64,000 nucleotides of DNA from Hemiscyllium ocellatum (GCF_020745735.1 NC_083439.1:7888596-7952595), one strand, 5' to 3'; positions 39,345 to 52,779 are shown, counted from the first letter of the stretch. Notes: generated from the sequence alone by a model not told the origin. Made by a program: numbers and translations.

Positions 39345-40180
39345 TGTAAAAACTGAAAGAGCTGTGGATGCTGTAACTCAAACTAAAACAAATGTTGCTG
39401 GAAAAGCTCAGCAGGCCTGGCACCATCTGTGGAGAGAAATCAGAGTTAATGTTTCGGGTCCAGTGACCCTTCCTCAGAACTGATGGGAAAATGTCAACTT
39501 ATACAAAGAAGGTGGAATGGGGGTTTATAAGGAATAACCGATAGGTGGGAATAGAGAGAGAACAGTTGGACAGACAAAGGAGTCAATAATAATCTGGTTG
39601 GGAGGATGAATAGCTGTTAATGGAGACTGTTAGGGGCTAACAATAGGTAGTGTGTAATGGCAAACACCATGCCTTGTTATCACATAAGGTGTAGTGCTGG
39701 AAAAGCACAGCAGGTCAGGCAGCATCCGAGGAGCAGGAGAGTCGACGTTTCAGACGTAACTCCTTGATGAAGGGCTTATGCCTGAAATGCCAGCTCTCCT
39801 GCTCCCTGGCTGGTGTCTGACCTGCTGTGCTTTTCCAGTGCCACATTTTTTGACTCTGTAGAACTCACTTTCTCCTTGTTATCACAGTCTGCCTTTACAC
39901 ATTAGCCACTAACTGTTGCCATTAATGTTATTCACCCTCCCAACCAGAATGCTACCAACTTCTTTGTCTGTTCAACTCCTTTTTTTCTCTCTATGTCCAC
40001 CTATCGTTTACTCCTTACCCCCCACCCCACCCGCACTCCCCATCTTCTTCATATAAACCAACATTTTCCTAGCTACCATCAGTCTGAGGAACAATCACCA
40101 GACCAGAAACATTAACTCTGATTTCTCTTCACAGATGCAGCCAGACTTGCTGAGCTTTTCCAGCAACATCTGTTTTTGTA
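39345..40180. mobile_element. Large family C palindrome with a nested family A palindrome (39685-39873)
   Basis: Inverted arms of about 300 bp. The inner insert is flanked by the 13-bp TSD ccttgttatcaca at 39672-39684 and 39874-39886. Confidence 0.8.
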
Positions 40181-40449
40181 CATCCTTCATGTATAGGACT
40201 GAGGCACTGAGTGATCAGAGAGAGCAACTTCATTCTCGAGTAGGTCCAAATGCCATTGGTGGAGGAAATCCACTCACTACCCATTCTCTAACCCAGGAGG
40301 GACCTGTCAACAGCTGGAAACACTGACTGAGCATCTGCTCAGAGAAAACACCACAATAGGATGTACATTCAGCCACTGAGCCATCATGGCTGACCTTGGC
40401 TGCCTCCTGTACACTGATGGAGAAAAAGAATATCTTTCAATTTACTTAC

Positions 40450-40505
40450 CACATCAAGTGGCCTAAGGATTCATCATAGTAATACAGCAGCTCAAACGAG
40501 TCAAT
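40450..40505 (-). CDS. CLN6: CLN6 exon 5
   Basis: cacag| ... |gtaagt, 56 nt: IDSFELLYYYDESLGHLM(W). Confidence 0.95.
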
Positions 40506-41606
40506 CTGTGGATTTAAACAAAAGAAACAATAACTTTACCAATGACCCAGCCCATCTGTGTTTCTTTGGCATCATAGCCAGGCCAATGCCTAGCAGTTGT
40601 GTATGAATCTTGTACTCAAGCTGACTGCTGACCGAGAATGCACCTAGCCTTCAACATCACATCTCTCTGTTCCAGAGCAGCCTGGTACAGTGCATTGTGA
40701 AGATCCCTCTTCCCTGACCTTGTACCCATCTCAGGAGATCAACTCCATTGATGCACCACTCTTCATGTCCTTCACAAAATACTCCGAGACATTCCTGAGT
40801 GAGATTACTGACCTAGATTAATGCAATTGTGCACTCAGGACACTCAACAGAACTGGACTGAGACTGAACTCATTTTTTATTATTCTGATTAGTCTAAGAA
40901 GGGTTAACTCTGTTCCTTTCACCACAGATTCTACCTGATATTTTTAGCATTCTTTTTTTCCCTACTGGGGCCTTAGAGCCATGACTAGAAGCTACTTCCA
41001 GTTCAACAACAATGACATGCATTCATGTAGCACCTTTAAAGAAGTAAACTATCCAAAGATCCTTCACAAAGCGATACCAAGCAAAGTCAGAGTGCCATGT
41101 GGAGAACTATTCAGACAGGTGATTAAAAGCTTGATCAAAGTGATAGATTTTTAAAAAGGTGCACCTCAAAAAGGAGGAGGGAACTGGATATGTTTAGGAA
41201 GGGCTTGCTGAATCTAATGAAGACAGGATATGATGGAGGTAAGCCTCCTCGATGTGACCTCAGTACTCACATCTTAGTGTTTCTGCTAAGAGGTTGGACC
41301 TTGGACTACTCAGAGCATGCTGCTCTGTAGCCTCGTCATTATTCAGCGTAACAATAAAACAGTTTAACAATTACTAAGAAGTCTGGTTTGAGCTGGTAAC
41401 AAGTCCTGAAGAACGAACACATGATCAAACACCTCAAACCCTGAATGTTGAAGCACACCTGTCAATGATGGAGCAATGAAAATCAGGGACATGAAAGTGA
41501 TAAAAAGACAAGGTCAAACTCACTGCATATCCCCATACCCTTGACCAAGCTGAACTTGCATGGGTTTCAATAGAGCGAAAGCATTTTTCAACGTGATGGT
41601 CCTTAC

Positions 41607-41795
41607 CAACGTTTCTGGCTTCAAGTCCTTCATAATTGGGTTTTCACGCACAGACAAGTGGAGTTGGTAGCCACTTAAAATCAGACGATGATTCACTGAA
41701 TCGCCGACCAGGTGAATGCTTGCTCCCATAACAAATGTTATTATACAGATGTACACGGCTGAGATAGGGAGTGTCTTGGGAGAACGTTCAATAAG
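41607..41795 (-). CDS. CLN6: CLN6 exon 4
   Basis: ttgcag| ... |gtaagg, 189 nt: [10 protein letters not shown]...[40 protein letters not shown]. Confidence 0.96.
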
Positions 41796-42864
41796 CTGCA
41801 AAGATATTCAAGATTGAGTGAACATTAAAATGTTCGGGAAATAAGTCCTTGAGAGCTCAATGAATTTTGATCACCAGTTCTGGTCTTCAACATGCCTATT
41901 TCTCCTATTCTCTCCTCTTTCTGTAAGGGGCTACAGTTCCAGGCAGGAGGCCTTGTGGGACCTGGGGTTGGGTCCCTACCTCAGTGCCAGGAGCTCTGGG
42001 ATTGATCCTATTCCAGTACTAGTTAGCAATGGAATGCACTTTCAGGATACAGCCAACCAGGTTGAGGAGCAGGCTGTAAATCCCTCCCATAGGCCCGATG
42101 GCAAGTTGTTAAGAGCAGGAGAGTTTCCTAATCAGCCATCTTGCAGAAGGCAATGGCAAACCACTGCAGTAATTTGTGTACAAACCAGTCCACAGGAAGT
42201 CCATGACCTGCTACTGAGAAATTAGGACCGGATAAAAGGCAGACTGTTTGATTCAGAATGGTTGCAGGCTGCACGTGTCAGCCTGAATTCTGGGCATCAG
42301 CAAGCTATTCAACTATGTATGGCAACACAGGGAAGTCTGTTACTGGCCTCACCCTCCTATGAGCTTTAAATTCATTGGGAGGCAGTCAGCACACGGCTGT
42401 GTGGTCTCCCTCGGAACAGACCAATTGGCAAAATCGATACAGCCAGGGTTTGGGCCTGAACGGTTATCCCCGAAATGTTAACCTCTCCATCTCCTGATGC
42501 TTCCAGGCTTGCTGGGTTCTTCCAGCCTTCTGCTTGTCTACACAGGGTTTGGTCACATGGCAAACACTACCTTTCTATTGTGCTAAGTTTTTAGCAGGCT
42601 TGCTGGTCCTTCTCCACCAACACAAGGATCTCAAATTTTCGAGGGAAAGCCACCCATTAACAGTCACAGCAACTCCAGGGTCAACTCTTGATGCAAAATC
42701 TAACACAGCAAAGATCAGGAATCAAAGTTGGAAGTTTTGAGTTCCTCTGGGCTCAGCTCTACGCTCCGTTCTGTACTTGGCCATGAGGCCACAGAGATGG
42801 ATTCACTGGGGACACTAAGAGATGCAATTGCAATCTCTGTGACTGACAAAAGCAAAGGCCTTAC

Positions 42865-42963
42865 CTTGAGGAGGAGGAAAGGTGTGATGATGTTGTAGGC
42901 CATGTGAAAATAATCACCGACACTTGGTTTACTCAATGGAAACCACTCGACTGGAAGAACAAT
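42865..42963 (-). CDS. CLN6: CLN6 exon 3
   Basis: tgtag| ... |gtaagg, 99 nt: [33 protein letters not shown]. Confidence 0.96.
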
Positions 42964-43166
42964 CTACAGATGAGCACACAGTAGACCTGATCAGTTTCAA
43001 TTGGGTAAAATGGCACAGATAGTATAAATGGAGACACCTCCTACCCTTCAACACAATCCCATCCCCCTGACTCTCCTCCCCTGTTGATGGACTCTCGAGT
43101 ACAACTTGTCACAAAAGACACTTCTCCAGTGTAAAACTAGACAGTGTTCATTTAACATGGAGCCAC

Positions 43167-43822
43167 TGTTACAACACAGGGTAAACCTTCCTGCTTATCT
43201 TCAAACAGCAACACAGAAAAGATTTATCCCATGCAGTAATTTGTGAAATTTCAAGTGGCCAAGAACTATTTAAAATAAAAATTAACAAATTTATTTCTTA
43301 AAGTATAACAGAGAATAATTAACTAACAACTATTTACATCTCCTTCCTCTAACCTATCTTTTTCCTTTTCCTCTACAATATCGGTCCAATAAAAATCCTG
43401 ATTAAGATTTACAAAACAAAACTTATCTCAAAACTAGGCAGTTTTCGGTTCTTCATTGTATTGCTGTCTTCTTTTCTTCTTCTTGGGGATTTTGCTTCAC
43501 AGGTTGAAGAAAGCTATTTTTCAGGTGGTTTTTACATGCTGGTGGCTTGGCAGTTCTCCTCCCAATTGTTCAATTTTTCATGAACTTATATACCCAAAGT
43601 ATCGCATTGAGTAATTGGCTTGATTGGAGTTTGGTCTTTTTTGGGGGGGGGTATAATATAAACTGATTGGGTGAATTCAAATTTGTTTTTGTCGCATAGC
43701 TCACTCAGCAAGTGCTATCTGTTCTGAACCAAATGTTATGTTGTCGATTCTCCAACACTCAGTGTGCTTGCCAAGTCCTTCACTCTCTTAAAGGTACAGT
43801 ATACTTCTACACCTTCATAACA
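43167..43822. mobile_element. Solo-LTR-like element
   Basis: TGTTA...TAACA termini bounding about 650 bp. TSD not convincing. Confidence 0.4.
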
Positions 43823-44337
43823 TCATTATAGAAAATACACCCAGTGTTGACAGAGTGCACACTTTCCTGAAGGACAAGGTACAACCTTCAGCATTGAAAC
43901 AGACCATTCAGCCCACATGCCTCATGCTAGTGTCTGCTCGACACAAACCCCTTATTCTTACTCATTAGCATTTCTATCTACCTCTTTGGCCTCATGATTT
44001 TCCAGTTCCCTCTTCACACTCTTTAGTTCTATGACTCTTGGTACACATTCTGACTGCTGTCTGGACAGTTCTCCCGAATTCCCTTTTAATTTTATCAGCG
44101 ACTGTTTAATGTTGACGGTCTCCAGCTCTGGTCTCCCCAACAAGTGGAAACATCATCTCTCCATCTATTGTGAACCAAACCATTTCATAATAGTAAGGCC
44201 TCTATCAAGGCACCTCTCAGCCTTCTCTTATCTAGAGGAAACAGCATCAGCCTTGGGTTTCTGGGTAGTGACTGGGCACATTTTCCAAGTCTCGTGATTA
44301 CATTCAGTTTAATATAATTCGTTAACTTAGGACTCAC

Positions 44338-44452
44338 CATCGCAATTGGACGGCCAAAATCCAGGATCCAGTTTTGCACTGTGAAATAAAACCAAAGATC
44401 CAGGTGGAACTGAGGCTTTTTGTCCAGGACCTCAGACTCATTTCCTACATTC
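44338..44452 (-). CDS. CLN6: CLN6 exon 2
   Basis: ttgtag| ... |gtgagt, 115 nt: (R)NVGNESEVLDKKPQFHLDLWFYFTVQNWILDFGRPIAM. Confidence 0.94.
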
Positions 44453-47400
44453 CTACAAAATAACAATGACAAAGCAGTTTATTCTTAACCTCTTAAATAA
44501 AACTGTTTCCTGCTGCTCTTCTGAAATATCATTGAGACACATTCCACCCTTGGCTCTGACCAATTGTGCTTATCTCCAGCAATATCTCACTTACAAGACA
44601 TGGTGTGATATATGTTGGGAGGAGGAATCAGAGGATAAAGAGATGTAAAACATGAAAAGCAGTTGTGGGGTGTGTTGTGTCTGACTCCTCCAGCCTGTGC
44701 TGTGTTAACAATTTCAGATGGGGTGTCAGAGTCTTATCTTCGGGATGAGAGATAAACTGAAGAGAGCTGTGGGACAAAGGGGGTATTTAGGGGAAACCTC
44801 ATTACACTAGGACTTGTAAGAGTGTAAGTTAACAGTGGTGGAAGCAACATCTGCAACTGCTTTCAAAAGGAAAGTTGATATAGGCTTTGAAATTAAACTA
44901 TCTGGACAAGAGGCCTCAGGAATTAACTTAAACAATCGCGACCTCGGGATGCATGCTATGGTACGTTCCAGGGATGCGGAGTTTGCTAATCTTTAGATAT
45001 CAGAAACAAATGATGGATCTGTTCTGTAATTTTCAAAAGTGTCCAATGCCCATTTGTATCATGAATAATACACATGAATCCTCTAATCTCACTGAGGTTT
45101 GTTAATTTTTCAACTCAAGTACTGTGACCAAGCAGAGCTCAAAGCACTTAGTTGAGACACTCTCTCAGTTGCCGGTATTTACAGAAATCACTCGACTACT
45201 GGTCCACACAGATCAGAAGCTTTGCAGTTCCAAGTCACATTCATAAACGGAAAATGCTGCAGATGCTGGAAATCTGAAATAAAAACAAAGCTCTGGAAAA
45301 TCTCCACAGGTCTGGCAAGGTCTGCAGAGAAAGAAAGTCATCGTTTCAAATCTAAAATGACTTTGCAAAAAGATGCTGCAAGGCCAGTGGAGCTTTTCCC
45401 AACCTCTTTATCACATTAGGCTAGCTAATCTCAGCCAGGACAGTAACATTAGGAACCAGACCCCAGCTGGAAGTGGAGGTGGATGTGGGCATACAGGTTG
45501 GGCTGAGATCAATTGCAGAATTTGCCAAAGTTGACTGCAGAGCTGAAGGGGATAGGTCAATTCTCCACTCACACTGCTGTGAGTCAGCATTGTTTCCACT
45601 GCAACCGGTTTAATTTTAAAGTTTCAGGTGGTATCTCCATGTGGTCCCCAGCTCAATCTTTATCCCTCATCATTCCCCATCCTACCGAGTTGAGCAAATT
45701 TTGAAATCAACACACCCATGTTTCAAGGCAGCCAAACTCTAGCCGTATCACTGTTTATATAAAGACTGACCATGTAGACAAAGAGTTCCAAGGGCCTGTA
45801 GGACTGCCATTTCACAGTGCAACCTTCAAGATAAGAAGGAAACAACTCCAGGTAATAAGTGCAGTGGATCTTTGTCACATATTTCCACTTTCGGTAACAA
45901 TTCTGGAGTAAGAATCTGTCTGCTCTATCTTTATAGTCACATGACAATCTCATCATCACTGCTTACATCACAAAGGTTAAATCATTATCATTCCTGTCAT
46001 GTTCATTGTCCACAAACATTCACTGAAAGTAAGTCACATTTAAGAGTTTTAAAACCTATTAATAAGTAGTATGCAAGTTATAAATAAGTAGTGAGCTTTA
46101 GCCATTTGAGAAAGACTGGATATTCTTTTCTGGCATTGGTTTCCACATTATTTCATTCCCCAGTGGCTTAAGAGAATAGACTCCTTGCAATTGGCTCTTT
46201 ATTTAGTTCTGAATTAGCTAAGCTCTGTAGGGACAACCGGAGCATTCTTCACGAATTGTTACAATGACAAATGACTCTAACAAGCTAAAATGAACAGGAC
46301 TGAGTACAAACAAAACATCATTGAACTTCATTCTCCTTTTCAAAAAGTCAAAACAATAAAAATGCTTTTCCCATGCTACCTTTCAAATTGCAATTGATTC
46401 TTGCTCACCTTATTCGGCAACATTACTATAAACTGTCAAATAGTTACATTCCCCGAGCACCCTCAGACTGCTGAGCTAAGCCCAAACAGCCGATGTGAAT
46501 CATCAATGAGAGATTCCTGGCCCCAGAACTGTCCAAAGGGACCAAGAACAACTGGCCAAGTTTCACCCCCAAAGTGTAGCAGTTAATCAAGCCCAATTCC
46601 CCTCTTCCAGGGGAATATAAAAGCTGTCAGGATGTAAATCATACAAAATGTTAACACTTTGCTTAGTCAGTGGTCAAGCTAGGAGAATTCTTGATGTTCG
46701 GGTCACTACATTCCCCCAGGTATTAGAAACACTGAAACCTTCAAGCCTGCTTCATTGAAATGGCTAATCGTCCAACTCAGTCCCACTTTCAACCCATTCC
46801 CTTTGAGCTCTTTAGTCCCCAAAATTATATGTAACATCATTCAACAGGAAAGGAATATTGCAGAGGTCTGTAAATGCTTCTGATATTATCCACACAAAAC
46901 ATATGTGCTGAGAAACCAGCTGCCATTCACCCATTTTAACCTTGAATGTATTGTTAGCAAGACAGAGGATTCCAAAATTACAATACAGTGCGGAGAGCTT
47001 CATTTATGTCATGAGTCAGCTGGATACATTCACCAGCATAATTCTACTAGTAGCTTTCACTCGAGTGGGATTAATGTCCTTAGGGCTATTACACGAGTAG
47101 TTATGTGGCTGTTAAACCACTTGAGGATTGATACAGGTGAGTGCCAGTTGGCTAGTTTTCTGCTGGAAAAGCAAACTGAACTATAGTGAGCAAATTTACT
47201 CAATGGTAAACGGTCATAACTAATACTTGCAGTAGCAGCCTTAATTAACCTCAGCATAATTGATCTGGCTTAACACAGAGAAGTGAAAGCATCAGAACAT
47301 TGTCAGGGTAGATGCTGAGAAGATGTTTCCCTTGATGTTGGGGGCAATCTAGAATTAGGGGCATAGTTTCAGAGTATGTCATCTCAGACAGAGGAGGGTC

Positions 47401-48524
47401 TCAGACGATTATTAATCTTAGGAGTTCACCACCTGAGAACAGTGAAGGCTCAGTCAAAGAACATATTCAAGGCTGAGTTAGACGGATTTTTGATCTACAA
47501 AAAGCAGGGGAGTCAGGCAAGAAAGGAGTCAAGAGCACAATCAGATTAGCCATCGTTTTATTGACTGGGGGAAAAAAAAAATCAGGCTTATGGGGGCCAA
47601 CCAGTCTCTTCCTGCAAATTTTCATGTTTTTGAATCACTGAAAAGACACTTAAGGTATACCAGGTGCTAATTCTCATTCCTTTAACCTCTAGAGATCAAC
47701 ACTTATTTTTCTTCCCTAGTGTATTATTTTATTTATTTAGGATTTCTAGCATCTGTAGTGGCTCCCACACTTGAACAGTTGAGACACAAAATACTTGGAC
47801 TTCCCCATAAACAACGGTCACAAAGGGCCAGGGAGGGAGTGAACAGAGGTGCAAAGTGGAGAAAGTGGGGACTACAGATGCTGAAGATCAGAGACGAAAA
47901 AAGTTTGGTGCAGGAATAGTCCTGATGAAGAGTTCATGCTTGAAACGTCGACTCTCCTGCTCCTGGGATGCTGCCTGACCGGAGATGGCAGAATCGGTCT
48001 CAGGTGACATTACCACAGGAGCTGTACAGCATTAACTAAGTACCCTTTACGCAGCCTGCCCAGTTTGGTTTCTCTGAACAGCCATTATCTGTTGCTTTCA
48101 AGAAAAAGCCAACTTTATCCCCAACATCACAGGAAAAGTGAAAAACACGAACATTGCCAGCATCATTATTCCTGCTGTTATCCCATTCTTAGCAAATGTG
48201 AGAGTTGCATATTGTGATGGTAGTAGAAAAATTGATTTTTAAAAAAGCACAAATAAATGCTGTTTCTGAGCTGAATTGATGTCACTGTCACTGTTTTTGA
48301 AAGCAGCCCATACGGAGTTATTTTTCCAAAAATGGGAATTAACATTTGGAGGATTCTAGTGGAGTTTAACTCTGCAACAAAGATTAAACATTGTCATTAC
48401 CGGCCAGCTTTCTTTGAAATCAGAGAGAGATTTCATGACCCACTTCAGCACAAAAACTAGGCTTACATAAAGTTTCGAGAAGATTTGTAGCTCAGGCTGA
48501 GGTTCTGGATGTGGGTTTGGTCAG

Positions 48525-48890
48525 TGTACATCAAGGGCAGTATTGAGGGAGTGCCGCACTGTCAGAGGGTCAGTGGTGAGGGAATGCTGCAGGGAGAGGG
48601 ACCACCTTTCAGGAGTAGCAGTAAATATTAAGATCCCCAAGATGAGGTGGAGAAAGGAATTTCCCCCTGTCAGTTATGAAGCAGACCTGGGATGATCTGT
48701 CTCGTTCACTGGGCCAATATTTACACCTCAAACAACAAATCCCCCCCTCCCCCAACCACACACAAAACAGATTGCTTGTTGCTATTTTATGGGAGCTTCC
48801 TGTGCACTATTTGGCGCTTCTTTCAACAGTGAGGTTACACTCTAGAACTTCCCGGAGTGTAAAACAGTTGGGAACATCCTGGGGTCGCGT
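48525..48890 (+). mobile_element. Deu-SINE (SacSINE1-like), degraded
   Basis: tgagggagtgccgcactgtcagagg...gccaatatttacacctcaa...gggagcttcctgtgcac...ttgggaacatcctggggtcg. Confidence 0.65.
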
Positions 48891-49068
48891 CGGTGTCAAG
48901 GGAAAACGGGGTTAAAGAGAGAGAGAGAGAGAGAGGGCGAAGTATTGTAGAAAGAAACAAATTCAAACATGTATTTCTCAGAGTTGGGAGGCCTGCAAAC
49001 AGCCGTGGCCTTTCAAACAAAACAGAACAGCAAAGAGTACAACGTGAGCTGGTATTAAAGGACCAAAC

Positions 49069-49118
49069 CTGGGGACGAAGAGGGGAGTTTGCACAGGAGA
49101 TTGCTGTCGCTTCCGCAT
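49069..49118 (-). CDS. CLN6: CLN6 exon 1 coding part
   Basis: aacATG then MRKRQQSPVQTPLFVP-AG|gtttgg. Phase 2 joins exon 2, and the N-terminus is basic. Full CDS 903 nt = 300 aa + stop. Confidence 0.75.
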
Positions 49119-50500
49119 GTTTTTTGGGGGTTGAGTCTCTGTCTGCTCTTTCCCTTTTGTGTCCTCTATTTCCTCTGCAAAAGACGCCCTTCCACCGAGA
49201 GGTAGAGTTTTGTCCCGGTCCAGCTTCCAGCTCCCAGCAGATCAAGAAGCCCGGACCCAGTCACTGTAATGTGACCGAGCGGCAGCGCAGCTCCAGCGGG
49301 GAGGAGGAGCAGGAGGTCTGGGCACCTCCTGCCTTACATCGTCTACATCCACATTCATTTACTGATTCCCACGGCTCGGGAAGAGGGATGAAGAAAGGCT
49401 TTGTAACAGCAGAAACCCGGTTTGGCCACACTCCAGAGACACTCCTCTCTGAACGTCCAAATCCTGATCAGCAGCCTGCATTCCTGTAGCGCCTTGAACT
49501 TTTAGGAGGAAACATCCCAAAATCTCTTCACGAAGTGAAGCACCCGGTTATGTCTAAGATCGTAATTGGACAGATGGCCCCAAAAAGGTCAACTTGGGAA
49601 GAGATTTTTGGGAGACCAACTCAATCAACTGTCCCTTTCCCAACCCAAGACTATATCACTGAGAAGGACAGCAGATATATGGGAACAACACCCATATTTG
49701 GAGGGCAAGTTCCCCTCCAAATTACTCACCATCCTGGCTTGGAAATATCACCTTTTCCTTCAGTGTCACTGGGTCAAAATCCTGGACTTACAGAACATGG
49801 ACTGCAGAGGTTTAAGAAAGCACCTCACCATCACCTTCTCAAGAGCAACTAGAGATTGGTAATACAAGCTGGCCTATCGAGTGAATGAGAAAAAGAAAGT
49901 CCGAGAACTACAAGGCTCAGTTGGAGAGACATTAGGCTAGTAGCTAACTGGTTGAAATCAGTGCCACTCAGAGACCAGCATTAGGTCAGTAGAGAACTAT
50001 GATTGAGGGGCTGCAAAGATTGGAGATGAAAGTATTTGAATCTAGTGTGAACTCATATCCTTTGATCTTTCTCACCATTGGAAGTAATAAGTCAGCACCT
50101 TTTTCCCATTGGCTTTCCTGCTATTATAGTCTTTAACTGGACATTGAGTGAGGATTAGTTTCTGTTCAGCTGTGACGCCTCTCCTAGTGGAATAGATTAC
50201 TAAACTCTCATATTGAATCATTAACAGGGGCGTGGCAGGAATTGACATGTTTTGAACCTGCAAAATGTCCCTCTTTCATGAAACAGTACCCAGGTGGCTG
50301 AGAGCTTCATTTAGTACCTGAATGTCATGTGTCAGGGTGACAGGCATCAGAAGTGTTTGCTGCCTCTGCAAGTTGTGCATGGTAACATTGATGGGAGAGA
50401 GTTTATGATGAGGGGGACATTCGGGGCAAGACAATAAACTGGGAGGTGCGTAATAAATTAATGAAAGTGATAAGTTTGCTTCCGAGCTGGTGGGTTTGTT

Positions 50501-50542
50501 CTCAGACGTTTCATCACCATGCTTGGTAACATCATCAGTGAG
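50501..50542 (-). ncRNA. Minimal hammerhead ribozyme in a Penelope terminal repeat
   Basis: Minus strand: ctca-CTGATGA-T-GTTACC-aagcat-GGTGAT-GAAA-CGTC-tgag (stem I ctca/tgag). Confidence 0.7.
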
Positions 50543-51432
50543 CCTCCGGTGAAGCGCTGGTGTTCTGTCCCGCTTTCTATTTATGTGTGTTGGTCTGTTG
50601 TAGTGGGTGATATCATTTCCAGTTCTTTTTCTGAGAAGTTGGTAAATGGGGTCCAAATTGATATGTTTGTTAATGGAGTTCTGGGTTGAATACCAGGCCT
50701 CTAGGAATTCCCATGTGTCTTTGTTTAGCCTGTCCCAGGATGGATGTATTGTCTCAGTCAAACTGGTTTCCCTCATCATCAGTGTGTATGGATACTAGTG
50801 ATAGTTGGTCATGTCTTTTGGTGGCTGCTTGGTGCTCACGTATCCTTGTATCCCGATAAGTGCAGTCCGCCAATTCCTACACAACAGATCTAAACAAGAA
50901 GATACAACACACCCAAAGACTCTAGCCACCCTGCCACACATTAAAGACATCTTGGAGATGACGACCGGACTACTCCAGCCCCCAGGCATCACAGTAGCCC
51001 ACAAACCTGCCACTACACTGAACCAGCTCCTGATGAATTTTAAGGACCCTGTACCAACAACCAGCACAGCAAACGTCATATAACAAAATACCCTGCAAGG
51101 ACTGCAACAAACATTACATTGGGCAGATGGGCAGGAAACTAGCCACTAGGACACATGAGCACCAAGCAGCCACCAAATGACATGACCAACATCACTAGAA
51201 TCCATACACACAGATGGAAAGGGACACCAGTTCAACTGGGACAATACATCCATCCTGCAACAGGCTAAAGACATACGGGAATTCCTAGAGGCCTGGCATT
51301 CTAACCGAAATTCCATTAACAAACATATCGATTTGTACCCCATTTACCAACCTCACAGAAAAAGAACCAGATGTGATATCACCCACCACAACAGACCAAG
51401 GCAGATAAATAGCAAGAGGGACAGAACACCAA

Positions 51433-51478
51433 TGCTCACTGATGATGTTCCCTAGCATGGCGATGAAACGTCTGAGCA
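51433..51478 (+). ncRNA. Minimal hammerhead ribozyme in a Penelope terminal repeat
   Basis: tgctca-CTGATGA-T-GTTCCC-tagcat-GGCGAT-GAAA-CGTC-tgagca (6-bp stem I; one mismatch in stem II). Confidence 0.65.
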
Positions 51479-51944
51479 CAAATCTACCAGCTCAACAAGC
51501 AAACTTACAACCTGATCTGCAAGCTGAACTCCAAACCTTCTCCAAAGTTGCAAATTAATGGACCAGCAGGATGGTGAGGAGGTGAGAGTGAATACTAATT
51601 TTGGCCAGAATTGTTTGACAGTTGCACATAGTGTCTAATTTTTGGCAGTAGTTTTGTTTTACATATGCCGATGATTACAGAGAAAGCGTTGCTCCCGTGA
51701 TTGGCATATGTACAGGTGTCAGCTGTTTCTGACCTACTCGTTTATAGACGATGGGCGAGAAAGCATTTGCAGGTGAGGAAAGAACCAGAGATTGTAATTT
51801 GCTGGTTAGCTTTTATTAAGGGCCAGCACAGACGTGTTTGGTTGAATAGCCTCCTGTGCCACACCATTCTATCATGTTAGTTCCATGAGCTACAACTTTA
51901 AAATGAGCAGCCAGTATTAGTTATGGGTTGCCAACTGTCCAAGA

Positions 51945-52266
51945 AGCAGCAAGGTAGCTCAGTGGTTAGCACTGCTCCCTCACAATGCCTGGGACTTGGG
52001 TTCAATTCTAGTCTTGGGTGACTGTGTAGAGTTTGCACATTCTCCCTGTGTCTGTATGGGTTTCTTCCCACAGTCCAAAGGTGTATAAGTTAGATAGATT
52101 GGCCATACTAAATTGCCCATAACATCCATGGATGTGTAGGTTAGGAGTATTAGCGATGGAAAATGCAAGGATGGGACAGGGATGTGAGTCTGGGTGGGAT
52201 GTTCTTTGGAGAATCAGTGTGGACTTGTTGGGCAGAATGGCCTGTTTCCACACTGCAGGGACTCTA
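51945..52266 (+). mobile_element. HE1/V-SINE
   Basis: ggtagctcagtggttagcactgct head, V-domain, tail ggcctgtttccacactg. Confidence 0.85.
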
Positions 52267-52534
52267 CAAAAGAAAGAAAATCTCCAGGAATTAGAACTCA
52301 GACACATCTATGAGCAATAGAGGGTGAAAAAAACCCAGAAATATCATGTTGTCTTTCATTTACTTTAAAAAGATTTTGATAATTTACTATAACAACATTG
52401 CATATCTGGAGGAAAAGTCTTGGACTTGATGTGGTTATGTGATAATTCCTCCAGGTATATGCTGTATAACAGAACTGGCAAGGTGGGAAAAAGGTCAGAA
52501 GGGTTGTTAAATGTCTAAGTGAAGAATCAGGAAA

Positions 52535-52775
52535 GTGAACAAAAGCAGAAGATGGTGGATGCTGGAAATCTGAAACAGAAATGTTGGAGAAACTCAGCAG
52601 GTCCAGCAGTAGCATCAGTGGAGAGAGAAAATGAGTTGATGTTTTGGGTCCAGTATGACTTTTTAGAATGGTTCTTCTTTTGTTCTGAAGTCATATTAGA
52701 CTGGAAGTGTTAACTGTTTCTCTCGACACAAGTGCTGCCAGACCCTACTGAATTTCTCCAGCGGTTTGTTTTTAT
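52535..52775. mobile_element. Short palindromic element (family D), degraded
   Basis: gatgctggaaatctgaaac...aaactcagcagg and inverted ...ctgaatttctccagc. Related fragments at about 3395-3490 and 45245-45402. Confidence 0.6.
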
Positions 52776-52779
52776 AAGG

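Larger units (their letters stand above)
50464..51551. mobile_element. Penelope-like element, fold-back copy 2
   Basis: Inverted arms, GIY-YIG region remnants on +, 9-bp flanking duplication aaattaatg at 50455-50463 and 51552-51560. Confidence 0.88.

Noticed and set aside
44444-44456. Second AG acceptor 8 nt inside CLN6 exon 2
   Set aside because: It would frameshift. The upstream AG gives the conserved 115-nt exon.
48893-49489. 198-aa ORF on +
   Set aside because: Antisense to CLN6 exon 1, includes a GA microsatellite, and has no domain.
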